Positions 39,752 through 47,517 of a stretch of 64,000 nt of DNA are shown here, one piece after another. Every line of letters starts with the position of its first letter. Within the stretch, counting starts at the first letter, position 1. The notes under the pieces are model-generated. The model searched no databases. It had not been told where the DNA came from and saw only the letters and a program-made list of their open reading frames with translations. The stretch comes from Polyangiaceae bacterium. Lineage in GTDB: Bacteria > Myxococcota_A > Polyangia > Polyangiales > Polyangiaceae. The stretch is taken from contig JBILLK010000009.1 of NCBI GenBank assembly GCA_044376115.1, positions 64,001 to 128,000 of the forward strand, in the 5' to 3' direction. A program made the translations under genes and the position numbers.

Positions 39752-39873
39752 CCTCGCAAATGTTGCGGGGTCGACGGCTGACCACGACATCGCTGCCGGG
39801 GGATCAACTCGAGCGAAACCTTCGCGGCGGGAGCTGAGCAACGGAACCAGGGGAATTGTTCCCGAAAATCTCG

Positions 39874-39890
39874 TTGGCACGCTGAGTGCT
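39874..39890 (+). promoter_or_regulatory. Putative sigma54 (-24/-12) promoter
   Basis: TTGGCACGCTGAGTGCT, exact GG-N10-GC spacing. Confidence 0.7.
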
Positions 39891-39900
39891 TAACGGCTTT

Positions 39901-40122
39901 TCGTAACTTTCCTTAAGCGAGCTTCTCCCTAGCTTCTTCTTCTCTTCTCCTTCGCTTTCCCTTCTTTTGCGGCTTTCTTCGCCTTGTTAGCTTGTTCCTT
40001 CTCAGCGCCGCGGGCGCGCCTTCCCTTCTAACTTGTCTGCACGTTGGGGTTCCTCCGGTTCCCCTTGCTCAAGTGAATCGTCGATACGCGGTGCTCCTCG
40101 GAGTTACCGCGTTTCGTCGTTT
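39901..40122 (+). ncRNA. Candidate pyrimidine-rich small RNA
   Basis: Starts about 12 nt after the sigma54 box; very C/T-rich with short stems; ends in hairpin ACGCGGTGCTCC-TC-GGAGTTACCGCGT plus TTCGTCGTTT; no credible ORF. Confidence 0.55.
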
Positions 40123-40197
40123 GTGGCTGGCTGCGTCCTCGTGTCAGCTCTGAGGGCGCGGAGCGTCGAATCATTTGTTGTCTCGTGACGACATTGC

Positions 40198-40226
40198 TTG
40201 ACTGATTCTGTGACTGGGAATACACC
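40198..40226 (+). promoter_or_regulatory. Putative sigma70-type promoter for tRNA-Arg/tadA
   Basis: TTGACT-N17-TACACC, 15 nt before the tRNA. Confidence 0.55.
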
Positions 40227-40241
40227 GCGTTCCTGTCGACT

Positions 40242-40315
40242 GCGCCCATAGCTCAGCTGGATAGAGCACAGGCCTACGAAGCCTGGTGTCGGAAGTTCGA
40301 ATCTTCCTGGGCGCG
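40242..40315 (+). tRNA. tRNA-Arg(ACG), CCA not encoded
   Basis: Acceptor GCGCCCA/TGGGCGC, D arm GCTC...GAGC, anticodon arm CAGGC-CTACGAA-GCCTG, T arm GGAAG-TTCGAAT-CTTCC; followed by G-CTA. Confidence 0.96.
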
Positions 40316-40383
40316 CTATCCTCTCCCGGCCAAAAGCCGTTTGTCCACACGGCGAACGGGGCCGTTGGAGAAGCGAGGCAGCC

Positions 40384-40863
40384 TTGGCTGAAGCTGAAGA
40401 CGAGGGCTTCATGGCCTTGGCGCTCGAGCAAGCGAAGATCGCTGGCGCGCTCGGCGATGTTCCCGTTGGCGCGGTGATGGTCGTTGGCGGTGAGGTGCTC
40501 TCGGTCGGGCACAATCGCCGCGAGTTGGACCAAGATCCGACGGCGCATGCCGAGATTGTGGCGCTGCGCTATGCGGCGCGTGCTCGTGGTCACTGGCGAC
40601 TCGGTGGGGCGAGCCTCTATGTCACGCTCGAGCCCTGTCCGATGTGTGCTGGGGCTTTGGTCATGGCGCGGGTGGACCGCGTGATCTTCGGTTGCCAGGA
40701 CCCCAAAGGCGGCGCCTGCGAGTCGCTGTTCAACATCGGTCAAGACGGCAGGCTCAACCACCGTTTCGAGATCGTCGGTGGGGTGCGGGCTGAAGCTTGC
40801 GCAGCCGTTTTGAAGGACTTCTTTGCCGCACGCCGTCCGGCCAAACGCAGCGTCAGCGCCTGA
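40384..40863 (+). CDS. tadA: tRNA adenosine(34) deaminase
   Basis: FMALAL.QA, DVPVGAV, DPTAHAE, LYVTLEPCPMCAGA, DPKGGA, LNH, FF..RR. Confidence 0.93.
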   Translation: MAEAEDEGFMALALEQAKIAGALGDVPVGAVMVVGGEVLSVGHNRRELDQDPTAHAEIVALRYAARARGHWRLGGASLYVTLEPCPMCAGALVMARVDRVIFGCQDPKGGACESLFNIGQDGRLNHRFEIVGGVRAEACAAVLKDFFAARRPAKRSVSA

Positions 40864-42023
40864 TGTTCTTTTCGAATCGCACCCTTTGGGTAGAAGCCCC
40901 GGCGATTGGCTCGCCCGAGTGCCCATTCGACTTGACCGAGACCAACCCAACGCGGGCGGGGTTGCTCGAGCCCGCGCGGATGTCCGCCCTTATTCAAGGC
41001 GTAGGACACTATGATCCGTCGCCGTTTGGCGCTCGCTCGGCGCGACTGGCCGTAAGCAGCTACTACCAGCGGCGCGGGCACATCGTGGACCCCGAACGAG
41101 TCGTGCTCTCGGCCTCGACCTCGGAAGCCTACAGCTGGCTGTTCAAGCTGCTGGCCGACCCAGGCGACGTGCTGCTGGTGCCCGAGCCTTCCTACCCTCT
41201 GTTCGACTGTCTGGCGAAGCTCGAAGGGGTGCGCCTTGCGCCCTATGCGCTGCGCAAGGAGGATCACTTCCGGTTGGACGTCGCCGAGCTCTTTCGGCGG
41301 GTTGACGGTGAGCCTGCGATGCGAGGAATCATCGTGGTCGCGCCAAACAACCCGACGGGCACCGTCCTCCACGAGGAGGACGCGGCTTTGCTCGAGCAAG
41401 GCGCCTGCGAGCGTCGAATCCCGCTGATCGTCGATGAGGTGTTCGCGGACTATCTGGACGTGGCGGCCTCGTTGCGGTCTCGGTTGCGCGCCTCCTTCGC
41501 CAGCAGTAGCACGACGCTGACCTTCGTCATGTCCGGCCTCTCCAAGGTCGCCTGTTGTCCTGGCGCCAAGTTGGCCTGGACGATCGTGAACGGGCCGGAC
41601 TCATGGAGAGCCGCGGCTCTCGAACGGTTGGGCGTCGTCGCCGACACCTTCTTGAGCGTCGGTTCGCCGGTGCAGGCGGCGCTGCCGCAGCTGCTCGCGC
41701 AGTCAGATGCGGTGCACGCTGAACTCAACGCTAGGCTGTCGCTCAATCGTGCGGCGCTCAAGCTCGCCTGTGAGCAAACCCGGGGTGCAGCGAGCGTTTT
41801 GCCGTCTCACGGAGGTTGGTCAGCGATCGTCGAACTACCCCGCGTCGTCAGCGAAGCGGAGTGGCAAGCCCGGTTCTCCGCCGCGGGCGTCAAGGTATCG
41901 CCTGGTGCCCTGTTCGACATCCCGGGCGGCCGTTCCCTGGTGCTCAGCCTGATTGTCGAACCAGCGCTGTTCCGCGAGGCTACGCAGCGTATGGTTGCAA
42001 CCATCATCCCGCTGCTGACATGA
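40863..42023 (+). CDS. Class I/II PLP-dependent aminotransferase
   Basis: DLT..NP, YDPSPFG, STSEAY, PSYP, PNNPTG, DEVF, SGLSK; TGATG coupling to tadA. Confidence 0.85.
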   Translation: MFFSNRTLWVEAPAIGSPECPFDLTETNPTRAGLLEPARMSALIQGVGHYDPSPFGARSARLAVSSYYQRRGHIVDPERVVLSASTSEAYSWLFKLLADPGDVLLVPEPSYPLFDCLAKLEGVRLAPYALRKEDHFRLDVAELFRRVDGEPAMRGIIVVAPNNPTGTVLHEEDAALLEQGACERRIPLIVDEVFADYLDVAASLRSRLRASFASSSTTLTFVMSGLSKVACCPGAKLAWTIVNGPDSWRAAALERLGVVADTFLSVGSPVQAALPQLLAQSDAVHAELNARLSLNRAALKLACEQTRGAASVLPSHGGWSAIVELPRVVSEAEWQARFSAAGVKVSPGALFDIPGGRSLVLSLIVEPALFREATQRMVATIIPLLT

Positions 42024-42119
42024 GTCGCGTACGTCAGATGATTCCCACAGTGCATCGGTTCGCTGTCGTCGCTATCCTGCGCGCGACCTTCGGATGCCCC
42101 TACACCTCGGTCGAACCCC

Positions 42120-44318
42120 GTGACGCTTCCGAAAGGTGGAACTCAAACCGGTGCTGATGATCCAACGATCGCCTCTCGGCCCAAAGGCGGGGTCGTGAGC
42201 GGCGGTACAGCTCCGCTGGTGGCTTCGCCGTCAGGAGCCCCGCCGGCTGCTGCGCCCAACTCGGTCCGGCTGTTCGAGGTCATCGGCCGCGGCGGTATGG
42301 GCGAAGTTCACCGTGCTGAGCAGCTGGAGCTCGCGCGTCAGGTTGCCTTCAAGCAGCTCTTGTCTGGCTCGACCGTTCGTCAGCGCGAGCGCTTTGCTCG
42401 CGAGGCGCGGCTCACCGCCCAGCTCGACCATCCAAACATCGTGCCCGTTCACTCGCTCGAGTTGGCCCGCGATGGCTCGCCGAACGGCTACGTGATGAAG
42501 CTGGTCGAAGGCAAAACGCTGCGCACCTTGTTGCAGGAGACGGCGGCGCTCTATGAGAAGGGCCAGCCGATCGATGCTGCCCACTCGCTGCGAACCCACC
42601 TCGAGCACTTCCTGAAGATTTGCGATGCCATGGCCTTTGCGCACGACCGTGGCGTGCTGCACCGCGACCTCAAGCCGCCCAACATCATGATCGGCAAATT
42701 CGGCGAGGTTTACGTCATGGATTGGGGCGTGGCCCGGGCGATGGGGCACGAGGACCCGCTCGATGGTCCAGACGCACAGCAGCTCGCGAGCCCAAGCGTC
42801 GAGCCAGAGCTCACCCAGGCCGGCGAGGTCGTCGGCAGCGCCTCGTATATGTCGCCCGAGCAAGCCGAGGGACGGAACGCCGAGCTCGATGCGCGCGCCG
42901 ATCAATACTCGCTCGGGCTCATCTTGTTCGAGATGCTGACCTTGCGACGGGCGCTCACCGGAGCCTCCAACGACGAGGTCGTGCTCGCGGCAAGCCAAGG
43001 GGACAAGGGCCCGTTCGAGCACGTCTCTCCCAATGTCCACATCCCGGCGGAGCTGCGGGCGATCGTGGACAAGGCAACCGCCTTCGCTCCGAAAGATCGC
43101 TACGTTTCGCTGACGGCGCTAGCCGACGACGTGCGACGTTACCTCGCGGGCGAGGCCGTCTTGGCGCACCGCGAAGGCGTGCTCGGAAAGGTGTTGCGCT
43201 GGATCGGTCGGCATCGGCGAACCACGCTGCTGGCCTTTGCGGCTGTGCTCACGTTGAGCGCCTTGGTCACCAGCTGGGTGCTCTACCGGGAGACGGCGCG
43301 TGAACTGGCTGCGCGAGAGCGCGGCGAAAGAATCACGGCCTTCTCGATCGAGGCCTCGGCGCAAGCCCATCGCATCAACGCCGAATTTCAGCGTATGGAA
43401 GAGGCTCTCGAGGGGCTGCGGACGGCCTCCGAGTGGGCGTTGCTCAGCCCTGAGCCGAGCGGGCCTTCGGCGACGCTCTACTTCGACTCCGATTTCGCGA
43501 ACCCCTCGAGACGCCCGGCCGACTTCACCACGAACACGCGCTATCGCTGGCCCGTCTCGGTGGAGTTCCCGGTCGCTGGCATCGCCCCAACCACGGACCG
43601 CGCCGCCGTCCTACCGAAGTTGCGGCGCATCGCTCCGCTGCGGCACCACCTGCGCTCGATGATCGTCGACGCTGGCCGGGACAGCGATGAGGCGCTCACC
43701 TTGGAGCAGGAGCGGGCGTTCTTGTTGGGGCGCAAGAGTCCGATTGACTACGCCTACGTCAACCTCGCGGAGGGCGTGATCTTCCTCTATCCCGGGATGG
43801 ATTCGCTGCCTCCTGGCTACGACGTTCGCACGGCGAGCTTTTACAAGATGTCGGAGAACAAGCGCGGCAAACGCTGGGGAAGCCCCTATGTTGATTCGAC
43901 GACCGATGAGCTGGGAGATGACCTCGTGCTCCCTTGCACCGCCGGCATGTGGTCTCCAAACGGTGAGTTCCTGGGCGTGGTCGGTGTCGAAATCACCGTC
44001 ACCAAGCTGGTCGAGACCAGTCTCGGCCTGACTACCCGAAGTACGCTGCGCTCAAGCCTCGTGGACGCCACCGGCAAGAAGATCGTGGACTCGTTCGACG
44101 CGGGCAAACGCTTCAAAGCGAGCGGAAAAGACGAATCGATCGAGCTCGCCGAGTTCGATCTGCCCGAGGTGGTGAAGGCCATTCGCGCGGGAGCCGAGGG
44201 CGTACGCGAAGTGCAACGCGACGGCCGCAAAGAGGTGGTCGCCTTCACGCGTCTCTCGGTGCTCGGTTGGTACTACGTGGTCGAGGTCGACGCGGCCTCG
44301 GTCGCGGCTGCACCCTAA
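42120..44318 (+). CDS. Transmembrane Ser/Thr kinase with C-terminal Cache-like sensor domain
   Basis: GRGGMG, HRDLKPPN, MDWG, YMSPEQ; TM helix; YDVR...FY...WGSPYVD...GEFLGVVGVEI...GWYYVV. Confidence 0.85.
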   Translation: MTLPKGGTQTGADDPTIASRPKGGVVSGGTAPLVASPSGAPPAAAPNSVRLFEVIGRGGMGEVHRAEQLELARQVAFKQLLSGSTVRQRERFAREARLTAQLDHPNIVPVHSLELARDGSPNGYVMKLVEGKTLRTLLQETAALYEKGQPIDAAHSLRTHLEHFLKICDAMAFAHDRGVLHRDLKPPNIMIGKFGEVYVMDWGVARAMGHEDPLDGPDAQQLASPSVEPELTQAGEVVGSASYMSPEQAEGRNAELDARADQYSLGLILFEMLTLRRALTGASNDEVVLAASQGDKGPFEHVSPNVHIPAELRAIVDKATAFAPKDRYVSLTALADDVRRYLAGEAVLAHREGVLGKVLRWIGRHRRTTLLAFAAVLTLSALVTSWVLYRETARELAARERGERITAFSIEASAQAHRINAEFQRMEEALEGLRTASEWALLSPEPSGPSATLYFDSDFANPSRRPADFTTNTRYRWPVSVEFPVAGIAPTTDRAAVLPKLRRIAPLRHHLRSMIVDAGRDSDEALTLEQERAFLLGRKSPIDYAYVNLAEGVIFLYPGMDSLPPGYDVRTASFYKMSENKRGKRWGSPYVDSTTDELGDDLVLPCTAGMWSPNGEFLGVVGVEITVTKLVETSLGLTTRSTLRSSLVDATGKKIVDSFDAGKRFKASGKDESIELAEFDLPEVVKAIRAGAEGVREVQRDGRKEVVAFTRLSVLGWYYVVEVDAASVAAAP

Positions 44319-44472
44319 GCGGTTCCTGGTGGAGCGCGCCGTGCCCTGAGCACGGCCCAGCTCTCCTCGTTGTTGCGTTGCGGTGTCGATCTGAGCCTTT
44401 CATTGGCTTGATCCATTGGCGCTGGACAGGCATTATGTTGCGGTGCACAATGAAGCCAATGGGTCTCCCGTC

Positions 44473-45744
44473 ATGATGTATCGCCTGTACGAGCTTCAGC
44501 GAAGTTGGCTGGACCCGCTTTCGCACTTTGCGGATGCGTCCGCCCGCGCGCTCGCCTCGAAGGAGAACCCGCTCTCGTGGCACCCAGCCGTGCGGCTCGC
44601 AAGTGCCGGCCACGCGCTGGTTCATCGCGTCACCAAGCGCTACGAGAAACCGAACTTTGGGATCACCGAGGTGGAGGCGGGGGGCGCGCGTGTTGCCGTC
44701 TCGGAGGTGGTGAAGATCGCTGAGCCGTTCTGCAAGCTCGTGCGATTTCAGCGCTGCAGTGATGACCCGGCCGTGATGCGCGCCCTCGCGGAACAGCCCA
44801 AAGTGCTGCTTTGCGCGCCGCTCTCGGGGCACCACTCGACGCTGCTTCGCGACACGGTGCGCTCGCTGCTCGCCGATCACGAGGTGTACGTCACCGACTG
44901 GGTGGACGCGCGCGACGTGCCGCTGTCGAAGGGCGTCTTCCACTTGGACGACTACGTCCACACGGTGATGCGCTTCATTCGTTCGTTGGGGGCGGCGCAG
45001 CTGCACGTGGTCTCGGTGTGCCAACCGACCGTGCCGGTGCTCGCGGCGGTCTCGCTCATGGCGCAAGCGGGCGAGAAGACCCCGCTTTCCCTCACGCTGA
45101 TGGGGGGCCCGATCAACGCACAGGTGAGCCCGACCGAGGTCAATCGTCTTGCAGTGCAACATTCCTACGAGTGGTTCGAGAAGCGGATGATCCATGTGAC
45201 GCCGCCGGGGTACGCCGGCGCCGGGCGGCGCGTTTATCCAGGGTTTCTTCAGCTTTCGGCCTTCGTCGCGATGAACCCCAAGCACCATTTGAAGTCGTAC
45301 CTGCGTTACTGGGTGGACTCCCTCCGAGGAAGCTCTGGTGAGTCCGCGCGCGCCGTCCACGAGCAGTTCTACGATGAGTACAACGCCGTCCTCGACATGG
45401 ACGCGCCCTACTACTTGGAGACGGTGAAGGTCGTCTTCCAAGAGTTCCGTTTGGCGAACGGCACGTGGGACGTCAAAGGCACCCGCGTACGCCCAGCAGC
45501 CATCGAGACGACCGCGATCTTCACCGTGGAAGGGGAGGAGGACGACATCTCGGGGCTTGGGCAGACCGAGTTCGCCCATCAACTTTGCACTGGGGTGCCC
45601 GCCGAGAAGCACAAGCATCACGTCGCTCCAGAATGCGGGCACTACGGCATCTTCTCGGGGCGGCGTTGGCGCGAGAGCATCTACCCCGTGCTGCGAGACT
45701 TCATCCGCGATTCGAACCAAGAGGTGGTCCATGTTCAGCGGTAA
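44473..45744 (+). CDS. phaZ: Intracellular PHB depolymerase (PhaZ1 type)
   Basis: MYRLYE, KRYEKP.F, APLSGHHSTLLR, VTDW.DAR, SVCQP, VYPGFLQ, FYDEY.AV.D, EGE.DDISG.GQT, GHYGIF.G.RW. Confidence 0.93.
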   Translation: MMYRLYELQRSWLDPLSHFADASARALASKENPLSWHPAVRLASAGHALVHRVTKRYEKPNFGITEVEAGGARVAVSEVVKIAEPFCKLVRFQRCSDDPAVMRALAEQPKVLLCAPLSGHHSTLLRDTVRSLLADHEVYVTDWVDARDVPLSKGVFHLDDYVHTVMRFIRSLGAAQLHVVSVCQPTVPVLAAVSLMAQAGEKTPLSLTLMGGPINAQVSPTEVNRLAVQHSYEWFEKRMIHVTPPGYAGAGRRVYPGFLQLSAFVAMNPKHHLKSYLRYWVDSLRGSSGESARAVHEQFYDEYNAVLDMDAPYYLETVKVVFQEFRLANGTWDVKGTRVRPAAIETTAIFTVEGEEDDISGLGQTEFAHQLCTGVPAEKHKHHVAPECGHYGIFSGRRWRESIYPVLRDFIRDSNQEVVHVQR

Positions 45745-46510
45745 GACGGCGCTCGTTACGGGCTCCACGAGCGGAATCGGCTTTGCGATCGCCAAGACGT
45801 TGGCCGCGCGTGGCGCCAACGTGGTGATGAACGGCTTCGGCGACGTTCAAGGTTCGAAGGCTGAAGTCGAGGGGGTGAAGCAGTCAGCTGCGCGCGTCGG
45901 TTATCACGGCGCGGACATGAGTTCCGCCAGCCAGATCGAGGCGCTCATGCATTACGTCGCTGAAGAGTTCGGCGGCGCCGATATCTTGATCAACAACGCC
46001 GGCATTCAACACGTGGCGAACGTCGAGGACTTCCCAGTGGATAAGTGGGATTCCATCTTGGCGATCAATCTGACCTCGGCCTTCCACACCACCCGGCTTG
46101 CCTTGCCGTCGATGAAGAAGAAGGACTTCGGTCGCATCGTCAACGTCGCTTCGGTTCACGGCTTGGTGGGGTCCGCGCAGAAGTCGGCCTACGTCGCTGC
46201 GAAACACGGCCTCTTGGGGCTGACGAAGGTTACTGCGTTGGAGACCGCGCGGACAGGCGTTACCTGCAACGCGATTTGCCCGGGCTGGGTGCTTACGCCG
46301 CTGGTGGAGAAGCAGGTCGAGGCGCGTGCCACCAAGGACAGCGTCGGAACAGCCGAGGCCACGGTGTCGTTGCTATCGGAGAAGCAACCGTCGAGCGCCT
46401 TCGTGTCGACGCAGCAGTTGGCCGACATGGTTGGGTTTCTTTGCAGCGATGCTGCGGCGCAAGTGCGCGGTGCGACCTGGACGATGGACGGCGGCTGGAC
46501 GGCGCAATAA
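45731..46510 (+). CDS. bdhA: D-3-hydroxybutyrate dehydrogenase
   Basis: TGSTSGIG, NNAGIQH, ASVHGLV.S..KSAYVAAKHG, CPGWV.TPLV.KQ, EKQP, MDGGWTAQ. Confidence 0.92.
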   Translation: MFSGKTALVTGSTSGIGFAIAKTLAARGANVVMNGFGDVQGSKAEVEGVKQSAARVGYHGADMSSASQIEALMHYVAEEFGGADILINNAGIQHVANVEDFPVDKWDSILAINLTSAFHTTRLALPSMKKKDFGRIVNVASVHGLVGSAQKSAYVAAKHGLLGLTKVTALETARTGVTCNAICPGWVLTPLVEKQVEARATKDSVGTAEATVSLLSEKQPSSAFVSTQQLADMVGFLCSDAAAQVRGATWTMDGGWTAQ

Positions 46511-46542
46511 GCGCACGTCGCGCAACCCCTGCGTATGAAGTT

Positions 46543-46572
46543 GAGAAGCGCTATCAGCAGGCGCTTCTGCTT
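46543..46572 (+). terminator. Possible terminator hairpin after bdhA
   Basis: AGAAGCGC-N9-GCGCTTCT; weak U tract. Confidence 0.4.
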
Positions 46573-46606
46573 GCTTCAGCTCACTGTGGTGGGAAGAGTG
46601 TCGACC

Positions 46607-47506
46607 ATGTTCACCGTTGTGCGTCGCAGCGTGGTCTGCTTGGTGCTTCTCGGCTGTGCTGACTCGGGGACGGGCGAGGGCGGAGCTGGAGGCACTGGCG
46701 CTAGCGACGGCGTCGCGCTGCCGTGCGACGTGGCTGACATCGTTCAGGCGCGTTGTGCGAGCTGCCACGGCAATCCTCCCTCGTCGTCTGCTCCTCAGTC
46801 GTTGCTGACGGTTGCAGAGTGGAAGGCGCCGTCCCCGACCTATTCTGAACTCTCGAACGGCGAACTATCGGTTGAGCGGATGAAGAACGCCCTACGTCCG
46901 ATGCCGCCATCGGGGCTCGTTGCTGCGGAGGAGTTGGCGGTGATCGAGGCCTGGGTGAACGGCGGCATGCAAGGTGGTGAGTGTGAGCCGCAGACCGTTG
47001 AAGACCCGATCCTCAACGCCGATCCAGTTTGCACCAGCATGGATTTCTGGCCCGCGGGAGAGGACGAGAAGCCCGGCAAAACGCGCGAGGAGATGTTCCC
47101 CGGGATGCCCTGCCTCGATTGTCACCAGAACCCCGCGAAGTACAACATGGACGAGGGCGCAGATGAGGTCTTCTCGATTGCCGGGACGATCTTCCCGAGT
47201 GGCCACGAGCCCGACCTCTGCGCTGGCCTCGATGGTGACAGCGTCACCGACGTACTGATTCGGATCGAGGACGCGAACGGCAACGTCTTCGACTTAAAGC
47301 CGAATGCGGCTGGTAACTTCCTGCGCAAAGCGAGCGTGGCCATGCCTTATGCGGCCAAGGTCGTGAGCGCGAGCGGCGAGCGCGCCATGAGCTACAAGCC
47401 TTCAACGGGCGACTGCAACCTCTGTCACACAGCAGAAGGCTCGAACGGTGGGGACCCGAACTCGGCGGTGGCGCCGGGCCGAATCGTGGTGCCGCTCGCG
47501 CCCTGA
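46607..47506 (+). CDS. Triheme c-type cytochrome lipoprotein
   Basis: Lipobox LLGC; CASCH, CLDCH and CNLCH; MPP...IEAWV motif. Confidence 0.8.
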   Translation: MFTVVRRSVVCLVLLGCADSGTGEGGAGGTGASDGVALPCDVADIVQARCASCHGNPPSSSAPQSLLTVAEWKAPSPTYSELSNGELSVERMKNALRPMPPSGLVAAEELAVIEAWVNGGMQGGECEPQTVEDPILNADPVCTSMDFWPAGEDEKPGKTREEMFPGMPCLDCHQNPAKYNMDEGADEVFSIAGTIFPSGHEPDLCAGLDGDSVTDVLIRIEDANGNVFDLKPNAAGNFLRKASVAMPYAAKVVSASGERAMSYKPSTGDCNLCHTAEGSNGGDPNSAVAPGRIVVPLAP

Positions 47507-47517
47507 AAGTCGGCAGC

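Noticed and set aside
39890..40042. Minus-strand GGAGG plus GTG frame encoding a K/E/R-rich peptide with two in-frame TAG codons (amber read-through idea)
   Set aside because: TAG is used as a normal stop by other genes in the window, and the residue bias follows from the purine-rich strand; a plus-strand sRNA explains the promoter and terminator better.
40242..40315. tRNA as a possible island integration site
   Set aside because: No integrase and no duplicated tRNA 3' end was seen in the window.
44245..45819. 524-aa minus-strand ORF (also 28022-29239, 26311-27387 and 51739-52896 on the plus strand)
   Set aside because: Shadow ORFs opposite well-supported genes.
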